Part shown: piece by piece, positions 16,387 to 24,367 of the stretch
Layout of the letters: each line of letters opens with the position of its first letter
Numbering within the stretch: position 1 is the stretch's first letter
Assembly (NCBI GenBank): GCA_039809205.1
Contig: JBDHUQ010000001.1
Span: forward strand, 1-26,296
From: Minisyncoccia bacterium
GTDB taxonomy: Bacteria > Patescibacteriota > Minisyncoccia > Phycocordibacterales > UBA9973
Length of the DNA stretch: 26,296 bases
Direction of reading: 5' to 3'
Program-made: the position numbers and the translations under genes
Notes under the pieces: generated by a model
The model's database searches: none
The model's input: the letters and a program-made list of their open reading frames with translations, nothing else
What the model was told of the DNA's origin: nothing

Positions 16387-17130
16387 CTATAAATCAATTT
16401 CTACAAAAAGTGCTGCGTGATCTGAAACCTCTTCTTCGCACACTGCAAAACTGAGCACCCTTATATCAAGGGAAGCAAAAATGTAGTCCGCAAATTTTCC
16501 AGATGTTTCCGATCTAGTATAAAAAGAGGTTCTTGTAGAGGTCACATTATTCATTTTCACCAAATCTTGCATTCCTTCCGCCAAAATAGAAAGGGATTCT
16601 GTTTCTGGAAGCAGATTAAAATCCCCGCAAATTATTTGAGACCCTTTTATTGAATTCATAAAATCCCTGATTCGTCTTGATTGCTCATTTCTTTCAGGAG
16701 TATCTGTCTTTCCCTTACCATTCCATAGTCCATGGACATTCAAAATAGATAACTGCTTTCCATTTATACCAATCTCATGCCAAAGGGCTTTTCTTGAGTG
16801 GTTTCCGCCTTTTCCGTCGTATTCTGGATTATCGTAAATTGTAATATCTCCAGACGCTTCGATATAGAGATCTTTTCTTATGAAGGTTGCAATTCCATAG
16901 TAATCGCCAACATTCGGGCAAAAGTATCCGTTGTGATTGGGTAACAAAGATTTTATTTCATTGAAAAGATCTAGATGGGCACCATCGAAATCGCCTTTAG
17001 TTTTATCCGCCGCGTCGTGATATATTTCTTGGAAGCAAAATATATCAACATTATTTCCGTGTTTTTTAACAAAAGACATAAGAGGTTCTCTTACTCTTCC
17101 TCCCCATGTGTTTAAAGTGATTATTTTCAT
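16387..17130 (-). CDS. Endonuclease/exonuclease/phosphatase (EEP) family protein
   Basis: ITLN, DIFCFQEI, NVHG, IICGDFN, DYIF, SDH catalytic motifs. Confidence 0.93.
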   Translation of the reverse strand: MKIITLNTWGGRVREPLMSFVKKHGNNVDIFCFQEIYHDAADKTKGDFDGAHLDLFNEIKSLLPNHNGYFCPNVGDYYGIATFIRKDLYIEASGDITIYDNPEYDGKGGNHSRKALWHEIGINGKQLSILNVHGLWNGKGKTDTPERNEQSRRIRDFMNSIKGSQIICGDFNLLPETESLSILAEGMQDLVKMNNVTSTRTSFYTRSETSGKFADYIFASLDIRVLSFAVCEEEVSDHAALFVEIDL

Positions 17131-17227
17131 AATTAAATATTAGCTTAATATTCAATATTTGTGTAATAAATGATTTAGGGTCGCCCCACATGTCTAATCC
17201 TGTGGGTCTGCCGATACTTTATTTTCT

Positions 17228-17319
17228 TGGCGGAGACGGAGGGATTCGAACCCTCGAGGGGGTATAAAGCCCCTGCCTCTTTAGCAAAGAGGTACGTTAG
17301 ACCACTCTGACACGTCTCC
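17228..17319 (-). tRNA. tRNA-Ser(GCT), CCA encoded
   Basis: GGAGACG/CGTCTCC acceptor, G73-CCA, anticodon arm CCTCT-TTGCTAA-AGAGG, long variable arm, T-arm GAGGG-TTCGAAT-CCCTC. Confidence 0.96.
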
Positions 17320-17335
17320 GTATTTGTACGAGGTC

Positions 17336-17344
17336 ACTCTAACA
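17336..17344 (-). promoter_or_regulatory. Extended -10 candidate for tRNA-Ser(GCT)
   Basis: TGtTAGAGT on the - strand, 16 nt upstream of the mature 5' end. Confidence 0.45.
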
Positions 17345-17367
17345 CAAAGAAGGTATTTTTTCTATAT

Positions 17368-18036
17368 CTATCTTCTTTTGTATCCATGAGCTAGAGCAAT
17401 GCAGAGAATATTCTTTGCTCCGCCGGCTTTGAGAGCTCGCTTTGCTTCAAGAAAAGTTGCGCCGGTTGTTGTCACATCATCAACTACTATATAGATCTTT
17501 TTGTTATCAAGGCTAGATTTTGTTCTCATGGTGTTGGTTGTATTTGAAAGTCGTTGTTTTCTTTCTGAGAGATGGGACTGAGGGAGCGTTTCTTTAGTTT
17601 TCTCTAGTACTTTTTCTATTTTTGAGTTGGGTAAGATCTCTGCTATCCAGTTAGCTATTAGTTCACTTTGGTTGAAACCTCTTTGGTGAGTTTTTCTTTT
17701 GTACTGAGGAACAGGCACCAAGATTAAATCTTCGAGATTCTCAGATATCAAATGTTCAGATATTATGTCGTCTACTATATGCTGAGCTTTTAATACAAGT
17801 AGTTTAGCCACTTGTTTTCGGTGTTTGTACTTCAAGCTCCAAATCGCTTCACTAACTATCCTGTTTCCATAGTCGTAAATACCATAAATACCGTCATGTT
17901 CTGTGGTTTCAGAAATAGGTATTTTAGAAAGACAGTTTTTACAAATAGCTTTTCCCGGGGTATGACAAAGAGTGCAAGCTGACCCAAATAAAAATGTTCC
18001 TATATATTCCTGGATAGTAAATAAGACTTTTTTCAT
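17368..18036 (-). CDS. comF: ComF family competence protein (phosphoribosyltransferase fold)
   Basis: CxxC...CxxC (CTLC, CKNC), LVPVP, RGFNQSELIA, VVDDVTTTGATF motifs. Confidence 0.92.
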   Translation of the reverse strand: MKKVLFTIQEYIGTFLFGSACTLCHTPGKAICKNCLSKIPISETTEHDGIYGIYDYGNRIVSEAIWSLKYKHRKQVAKLLVLKAQHIVDDIISEHLISENLEDLILVPVPQYKRKTHQRGFNQSELIANWIAEILPNSKIEKVLEKTKETLPQSHLSERKQRLSNTTNTMRTKSSLDNKKIYIVVDDVTTTGATFLEAKRALKAGGAKNILCIALAHGYKRR

Positions 18037-18051
18037 TTATACTGTATGTAT

Positions 18052-19182
18052 ATGGATAGTATACTCGGTGGCCTAAAGAAATTCCTTGCAGGGATGTTTG
18101 GCACAAAAAAAAGCAATATAGCGGTTGGTATAGATATTGGAACATCTTCCATTAAGGTTGTTCAACTTAAAAAAGAGGGAGGCCGGGCTGTGCTTGATAC
18201 TTATGGCGCACTTGCTCTCGGACAATACGCTGACGGCGGGATTGTTGGTCAGGTTACAAATCTAGACGCTGAAACTTTAGCTAAGGCCCTAAAGGACGTT
18301 TTGAATGAAACTCATATAACTAGCAAGAATGTTGTTATTGGACTGCCTTCAGTTTCTTGTATTATTTTCATACTCCAATTACCGGCTGAGATAGAAGAGA
18401 GAGATTTGGCAACTGTCATCCCAAATGAAGCAAAGAAGTTTATACCTGTTCCTATTGGTGATGTTTCTTTGGATTGGTATGTTATTCCTAGACGTGAGGA
18501 TTCTGGATCAGAGAGTAGGGCTCTTTCAGAAAGTGGCGGAGAAGCACGCATGAGTGTTTTGGTTGTTGCTACTCTAAACGAAACCTTAGTTAAATATACT
18601 CAACTGATGCAAAAAGCAGAGTTACCAACTGATGCTTTAGAGATAGAAGTCTTCAGTCATATCCGTAGTGTTCTAACTCGAGAACTTTTCCCAGTTATTA
18701 TTGTCGATATCGGAGCTTCAAAAACAAAACTATCAATAGTTGAGCACGGAGTAGTAGAAACTTTCCGGTTGGTAAATAAGGGTTCTCAGGACTTTACTCT
18801 TTCCATTGCTCACTCTTTAGAACTTACTTTTGATAAAGCAGAAAATATTAAGAAAGAAAATGGTCTTATCCCAACTCCAGAGCATCCACAAGTGCCAGAT
18901 TTATTAAAAATTCACCTTGCTGACATTTTTCAAGAAACCAACGCTACAATTTTGGCTTACGAAAAACGTTACAATAAAAATATAGGAAAGATAATCTTTA
19001 CGGGAGGGGGAGCAATGACTCGAGGGCTCTTAGAATATGCTAAGCAAAACTTTTCTGCTGACTTGGTGATAGCCGATCCTTTTTCAAAAGTTGACTCACC
19101 TGTATTTTTACAAGGAGTTTTGAAGACAACTGGTCCAGAATTCTCTGTGGCTCTAGGACTTGCGATGAAACTTCTTCAGTAA
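18052..19182 (+). CDS. pilM: Type IV pilus assembly protein PilM
   Basis: VGIDIGTSSIKVVQL, VDIGASKT, IIFTGGGA, VALGLA actin-like motifs; start 18052 (TATACT 8 nt upstream) or 18046. Confidence 0.93.
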   Translation: MDSILGGLKKFLAGMFGTKKSNIAVGIDIGTSSIKVVQLKKEGGRAVLDTYGALALGQYADGGIVGQVTNLDAETLAKALKDVLNETHITSKNVVIGLPSVSCIIFILQLPAEIEERDLATVIPNEAKKFIPVPIGDVSLDWYVIPRREDSGSESRALSESGGEARMSVLVVATLNETLVKYTQLMQKAELPTDALEIEVFSHIRSVLTRELFPVIIVDIGASKTKLSIVEHGVVETFRLVNKGSQDFTLSIAHSLELTFDKAENIKKENGLIPTPEHPQVPDLLKIHLADIFQETNATILAYEKRYNKNIGKIIFTGGGAMTRGLLEYAKQNFSADLVIADPFSKVDSPVFLQGVLKTTGPEFSVALGLAMKLLQ

Positions 19183-19239
19183 TCCACTTTTTTGTTGTAC
19201 AAATGAATACATAATGGTGATATACTAATCTTGTATATT

Positions 19240-19908
19240 ATGGAACCAACTATTCCTACATCTTTTATCCCAAAAAAACCTGTCGATACTGGTACAGTAA
19301 CTTCTGTACACCACAGTAGAAGTGTTGGCCTCCTATCACTTTTAACTTTTGTCATAGTTGTTGGTACAGGACTAGCTTTTGGCGCTGTCTATTTATATGA
19401 AAAACAACTAACAGCTCAAAAGTCTAAACTAAGTCAATCTATATCAGATGCTCGAGATGGTATCGGTACAGAATTTGTAGCTGATATGAAGCGCTTGGAT
19501 GCTCGTATTGCTGGAGTTAAGGACCTAATAAAAAATCATATAGTTGTGACTCCTATCTTTGAAGCTTTACAAGCTACAACACTACGCTCTGTTCAGTACA
19601 AAGATTTTGGCTACAGTATTAAAACTGATCCAGCCACTAAAGTTTCTACTGTTGTTGCAGACTTAAGTGGTACAGCCAAAAACTATGCAACTATTGCTCT
19701 TCAATCCGATGCCTTTGCCACTAACTCTCTTATTAAGAATCCAGTATTTTCAAATTTAACAGTTGATGACAAGACTAGAACTATAAATTTTAAACTTACT
19801 TTCTCTGTAAATATGTCAGATTTATCTTACCAGTCTTTTATAGATAGTCGTAGTAAGGTTATTCAGCCCACTGAGGAGTTACCAGAAAATAATCAAGTAA
19901 CACCATAA
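19240..19908 (+). CDS. PilN-like single-pass membrane protein
   Basis: IPTSFIPKK N-terminus, one TM helix, coiled coil, then ferredoxin-like pattern (LSGTAKNY...FSNL...FKLTF); lies between pilM and pilO. Confidence 0.7.
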   Translation: MEPTIPTSFIPKKPVDTGTVTSVHHSRSVGLLSLLTFVIVVGTGLAFGAVYLYEKQLTAQKSKLSQSISDARDGIGTEFVADMKRLDARIAGVKDLIKNHIVVTPIFEALQATTLRSVQYKDFGYSIKTDPATKVSTVVADLSGTAKNYATIALQSDAFATNSLIKNPVFSNLTVDDKTRTINFKLTFSVNMSDLSYQSFIDSRSKVIQPTEELPENNQVTP

Positions 19909-20474
19909 TGAGATACTTATATTTACTATTATTAATAGGAGTTTCAATCGCAGTGTTTAGCACTGTTATTATTCCTAGATACAAAGAGGTTAAGGCTCTT
20001 AGGGCTGATGTGGCTAGCTATAACGGCAAGCTTTCTACTGCTAGTGCTCTGAAGGCTTCACGTGAAGATTTGATAGCAAAATATAACGCTATCCCTAAAG
20101 CTGATCTTGATAATATAAAGGTTTTACTTCCAGATACAGTTGATAATATCCGTCTCATTATTCAGCTTGATGCTTTGGCTACAAAAAACGGCTTATCTTC
20201 ACTTCGAGATGTTCAGTATGACACCGCTAGAAATGATCAGACAAGTGCTACTCCTGCTGTTACCACCTCCGTAGTTAAACCTTATGGAGAATTTAGTCTC
20301 TCTTTTAACACTAGTGGTCCTTACAAGAACTTTTTGGCATTTATATCTGACTTAGAGCAGAATCTTAGATTGGTAGATATTACTGAGGTTAAATTCAATC
20401 AAAGTAACACTTCTGCCATGGTCGATAATCTTAGTTATAGTGTTAAGTTAAAAACTTATTGGTTAAAGAAATAA
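19908..20474 (+). CDS. pilO: Type IV pilus assembly protein PilO
   Basis: N-terminal TM, LLPD, GPYKNFLAFISDLEQNLRLVDI, LKTYWL pattern; operon position. Confidence 0.85.
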   Translation: MRYLYLLLLIGVSIAVFSTVIIPRYKEVKALRADVASYNGKLSTASALKASREDLIAKYNAIPKADLDNIKVLLPDTVDNIRLIIQLDALATKNGLSSLRDVQYDTARNDQTSATPAVTTSVVKPYGEFSLSFNTSGPYKNFLAFISDLEQNLRLVDITEVKFNQSNTSAMVDNLSYSVKLKTYWLKK

Positions 20475-20476
20475 TT

Positions 20477-21121
20477 ATGAGTAAAAAAGTTAAAATTTTT
20501 GCCTTAGTCGTTGTCGTTATAGCTATTATAATCTTGGCTACTTCAATTTTAGGTGGCAAGAAAACTCCTTATCCTAGTAATCCTACTAAAAGCCCACTGT
20601 CTTCAGCTACAGGTGTTATTCCTTTGCCGGGAGCTACTGCTAATACTACAAACAACGATGAGTTTAGCTCTCTTTTATCAAATATAAATCGTATAACTAT
20701 AGACACATCACTTTTTGATAATTCTGCATATAAATTACTTAGGGATTTTCCAGTTTCGTTGGGCTCAGAGGTTGTAGGTAGGAGTAATCCGTTTGCCCCT
20801 ATTGGTTCTGATAATGGCTCTAGTTCTCAAACTGTTTTAGTTCAGACAATTCAGCCTGGTAAAATAACTTCTAACTCTGCTGAACTTGGCGCACAGGTAA
20901 CTTTGCCTGATACTGTTCCTACAAATATTGTTTTTGAATACGGAACCACTGATACTTTCGGAAGTGCTAGTGCGCCAGTTGTTGTTAGTAAGAGCACTAC
21001 TACTTTGATCACTATCAATAAACTCAGCCCGGAAACTACTTATTATGTAAGAGCTGTTGCTAACAGGGGAGGGTCAACAATTTTAGGAAATACCACTTCT
21101 TTTACTACTCTTAAAAAATAA
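20477..21121 (+). CDS. Membrane-anchored protein with C-terminal Fn3 domain in the pilP position
   Basis: N-terminal TM; GRSNPFAP; FEYGTT and INKLSPETTYYVRAVA Fn3 motifs. Confidence 0.75.
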   Translation: MSKKVKIFALVVVVIAIIILATSILGGKKTPYPSNPTKSPLSSATGVIPLPGATANTTNNDEFSSLLSNINRITIDTSLFDNSAYKLLRDFPVSLGSEVVGRSNPFAPIGSDNGSSSQTVLVQTIQPGKITSNSAELGAQVTLPDTVPTNIVFEYGTTDTFGSASAPVVVSKSTTTLITINKLSPETTYYVRAVANRGGSTILGNTTSFTTLKK

Positions 21122-21135
21122 ACGAGAATGAAATA

Positions 21136-22869
21136 ATGATGTTTCTAGATTTCTTGTTGTCACAAAATATAATCAACGAGTTTCAGTACAACAAAGTACT
21201 AGCTGAACTCGACACTACCTTTGAGGGAAATCTAACTAGGGGGCTTTTGTCCGTCGGTCTTTCTGAGGATTCTTTAACTCAAGCCAAAGCTTCTTTCTAT
21301 AAGTTGCCATATCAAAAAGTAGAAGCTAGGAATGTAGCTTATGATATTTTGAAATACATACCGGAGGATGCAGCTCGTCACTATAAGTTTGCTCCTATTG
21401 CCTTTGCTGACGGTGTCCTCTCTGTTGGTGTGACTGAGCCAGAAAATATAGAAGGCATGAACGCTCTTCAGTTCATGTCTGTTAAAATCGGAGTACCTTT
21501 TAAAGTTTTCTTAATTTCCTATAGTGACTTTTTAGCTATAGTTGAAAGTTACAAGACTATTTCGCAAGAAGTCGATAAGGCTGTAGGAGAGTTAAATAGT
21601 GAGCTAGCAGAAGAATTAAATTTAACAACAAAAAATACTACCAAGAATAATGAAAAGAAGGATGTAAACGATGAAACAAAAATAGTTGAAGATGCGCCTA
21701 TAATTAAAATAGTGGCGGTTATCATTAATCACGCTGTTGAAGGCAATGCTTCAGATATTCATATTGAAAATACCGGAGAAAAGGTTCATGTCCGATATCG
21801 AGTAGATGGAACACTCCACACTACTCTTGTTCTGCCAATAAATTCTTTTGACGGTATTGTTGCTCGTATAAAAATTTTGGCTAAGCTTCGGCTAGATGAA
21901 AAACGTAAACCTCAAGATGGAAGTTTTGCTACTGTTATTGAAGGTAGAAAAATAGAATTTCGAGTATCAACATTCCCAGCTTATTATGGCGAAAAAGTAG
22001 TTATGCGTATTTTGGACTCTGAAAAAGGTATCAAGAGTCTGGAAGACCTAGATGTTAGCCCAGAAAATTTAGCCATGATTCGAGAAGCTATTTCTAGGCC
22101 TTATGGACTTATCCTCATGTCTGGACCAACAGGATCAGGTAAAAGTACTACTCTTTATTCAATGCTAAATGAGGTAGATAAAGAAGGTTCCAATGTAGTT
22201 TCACTAGAAGATCCAGTGGAGTATCAGATTCCGGGGGTTACTCAGTCACAAGTGATGCCTGAAATTGGTTATACTTTTGCTTCTGGACTTAGGTCCATTT
22301 TGAGACAAGATCCAAATATCATTATGGTGGGAGAGATTCGAGACAAAGAAACTGCTCAACTAGCTATTCAAGCTGCTCTTACTGGTCACTTGGTTCTATC
22401 TACCATTCACACTAACTCTGCTATAGGTATTATTCCTAGATTGGTAGATATGGGAGTTGATCCTTATCTTATTGCCCCAACGCTTATACTAGCTATGGCT
22501 CAAAGACTAGTTAGAAGGGTGGCTAAAGATGCTCGGCACGAGGTACCGATGGATGATGTTACAAAAGAAATGATAAAAAAACAGTTTTCAGATTTAGACA
22601 AAAAATATTTAGATAAGCTTACTATTCCTAACACTATGTATGAGGTAAGACCAACAAAAGATTCACCTTCAGGACTAAAGGGAAGAGTAGCTATATTTGA
22701 AATGTTTAAAATAGATAGAGATTTACAGGAGCTTATTTTGAAGAATCCTGTTGAACCAGAACTTTATAAAATGTGTAGAGCAAAAGGAATGCTAACTCTT
22801 CGAGAGGATGCTCTGATGAAAGCCTTAAAAGGAGATGTCTTAATGCAAGAAGTCTATACTTTTAACTAG
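21136..22869 (+). CDS. pilB: Type IV pilus assembly ATPase PilB (GspE/PulE family)
   Basis: NASDIHIE, RYRVDG, RKPQDG, GPTGSGKSTT, LEDPVEY, LRQDPNIIMVGEIRD, TGHLVLSTIH. Confidence 0.93.
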   Translation: MMFLDFLLSQNIINEFQYNKVLAELDTTFEGNLTRGLLSVGLSEDSLTQAKASFYKLPYQKVEARNVAYDILKYIPEDAARHYKFAPIAFADGVLSVGVTEPENIEGMNALQFMSVKIGVPFKVFLISYSDFLAIVESYKTISQEVDKAVGELNSELAEELNLTTKNTTKNNEKKDVNDETKIVEDAPIIKIVAVIINHAVEGNASDIHIENTGEKVHVRYRVDGTLHTTLVLPINSFDGIVARIKILAKLRLDEKRKPQDGSFATVIEGRKIEFRVSTFPAYYGEKVVMRILDSEKGIKSLEDLDVSPENLAMIREAISRPYGLILMSGPTGSGKSTTLYSMLNEVDKEGSNVVSLEDPVEYQIPGVTQSQVMPEIGYTFASGLRSILRQDPNIIMVGEIRDKETAQLAIQAALTGHLVLSTIHTNSAIGIIPRLVDMGVDPYLIAPTLILAMAQRLVRRVAKDARHEVPMDDVTKEMIKKQFSDLDKKYLDKLTIPNTMYEVRPTKDSPSGLKGRVAIFEMFKIDRDLQELILKNPVEPELYKMCRAKGMLTLREDALMKALKGDVLMQEVYTFN

Positions 22870-22902
22870 TTAAAAATCTCTGTTAGAGTTATACTTAGAA
22901 AC

Positions 22903-23316
22903 ATGGCAGAAGAAAATCTTTCTAATCCAGATACTAAAAAAACAATTCTTATTGTGGATGACGATTCATTTCTTCTTGATATGTATTCTCTTAGATTTAC
23001 TCAGGCGGGTTTCAATGTAGAAACAGCTATGAGTGCTGATGAGGTTTTGCAAAAACTTAGATCTGGACTAGTCCCAACTGCTTGTCTCTTTGATGTGGTC
23101 ATGCCTTCGATTGATGGTTTTGAAATGCTTGAGATGATAAATCAGGAAAATTTGATACCAAAAACTATCAAGATTTATCTCTCTAATTTAGGGCAAGATC
23201 AGGATATTGCACGTGGTAAGTCTTTGGGAGCGGCTGGGTATATAGTTAAGGCCAATAGCACTCCGAGTGAAGTTGTTGAAAAGGTTAATTTAATTTTAAA
23301 AAACAATGGAATATAA
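22903..23316 (+). CDS. Single-domain response regulator (receiver)
   Basis: ILIVDDD, phosphoacceptor FDVVMP, LSN, GYIVK; no output domain. Confidence 0.92.
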   Translation: MAEENLSNPDTKKTILIVDDDSFLLDMYSLRFTQAGFNVETAMSADEVLQKLRSGLVPTACLFDVVMPSIDGFEMLEMINQENLIPKTIKIYLSNLGQDQDIARGKSLGAAGYIVKANSTPSEVVEKVNLILKNNGI

Positions 23317-24364
23317 AGAAACATTTGAACAATTGATAGAAACTCTTATAGCTGAAGATGGTTCAGACTTGCACCTTTCTTCCGGCAGATTTCCGGCTAT
23401 AAGGGTAAATGGCGAATTAGTTTTTCTACTCTCTAGGGCAGAACTTTCTCAGGCAGATATTGAGGGTATACTAAAAGTTATTTTGTCGGCTGATCAATAT
23501 GCAAGATTTACAAAATATCAAAATCTTGATTTTTCATACGAACATAAAGAGAAGACTAGACTTAGAGGAAATGCTTTTGTTCAACAAGGCAAATTTGTTG
23601 TTGTTTTACGCTTGGTCCCTCATGTTAAAACCCTACAAGAGCTCAATCTCCCAGCTTCTTTGGCTGATTTTGCTAGAAAGAGACAAGGATTTTTCTTGGT
23701 TGTGGGTCCAGTAGGTCAGGGTAAGAGTGCTACTATGGCAGCTATGGTTAGTCTTATAAATGAAGAAAGACAGGCTCACATTTTAACTATCGAAGACCCA
23801 GTAGAATATGTTTATGACCAGAAAAAATCCATAATAGACCAAAGAGAGGTTGGTATCGATACTCCTGACTTTGCTGATGCTCTTAAGAGTGCTTTTCGAC
23901 AAGATGTGAATGTAATTTTGATAGGTGAGATGAGAAACACAGAGACAATCGGGACTGCGGCTACTGCTGCTGAGACAGGTCACCTTGTATTATCAACTCT
24001 TCACACAAACACCGCTTCTCAAACTATAGATCGTATTATTGACTCTTTTCCGGCAGAACAACAAGATCAAATTCGGGTTCAACTGGCAGCTTCTTTAATA
24101 GGTGTGTTTTCGCAACGACTTGTGCCGAGAATTTCAGGAGGAAGAATTCCAGCTTATGAACTAATGATTAACAACAACGCCATTTCAAATCTTATCCGGG
24201 AAAAGCGAACCCATGAGATTGACACTGTTATTGAAACAGGATTTGAGCAGGGTATGATAGATATGAACCGTTCTCTCATAGAACTTGTGAGAGCGGGAGA
24301 AATAACCGTTGAGAATGCGTTTGCTTATTCAACAAATCCAAAAAACCTTGAGCGTTTAATTTAA
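23306..24364 (+). CDS. pilT: Type IV pilus retraction ATPase PilT
   Basis: SDLHL, GPVGQGKS, TIEDPVEY, IDQREVG, FRQDVNVILIGEMR, AETGHLVLSTLHT, IDRII, GMIDM. Confidence 0.95.
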   Translation: MEYKETFEQLIETLIAEDGSDLHLSSGRFPAIRVNGELVFLLSRAELSQADIEGILKVILSADQYARFTKYQNLDFSYEHKEKTRLRGNAFVQQGKFVVVLRLVPHVKTLQELNLPASLADFARKRQGFFLVVGPVGQGKSATMAAMVSLINEERQAHILTIEDPVEYVYDQKKSIIDQREVGIDTPDFADALKSAFRQDVNVILIGEMRNTETIGTAATAAETGHLVLSTLHTNTASQTIDRIIDSFPAEQQDQIRVQLAASLIGVFSQRLVPRISGGRIPAYELMINNNAISNLIREKRTHEIDTVIETGFEQGMIDMNRSLIELVRAGEITVENAFAYSTNPKNLERLI

Positions 24365-24367
24365 AAT

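Noticed and set aside
13436-17260. CRISPR array or classical integron attC array
   Set aside because: Repeats are degenerate, 0.6-1.5 kb apart and separated by whole genes; no cas or intI gene, and I found no attC-type RYYYAAC/GTTRRRY paired ends.
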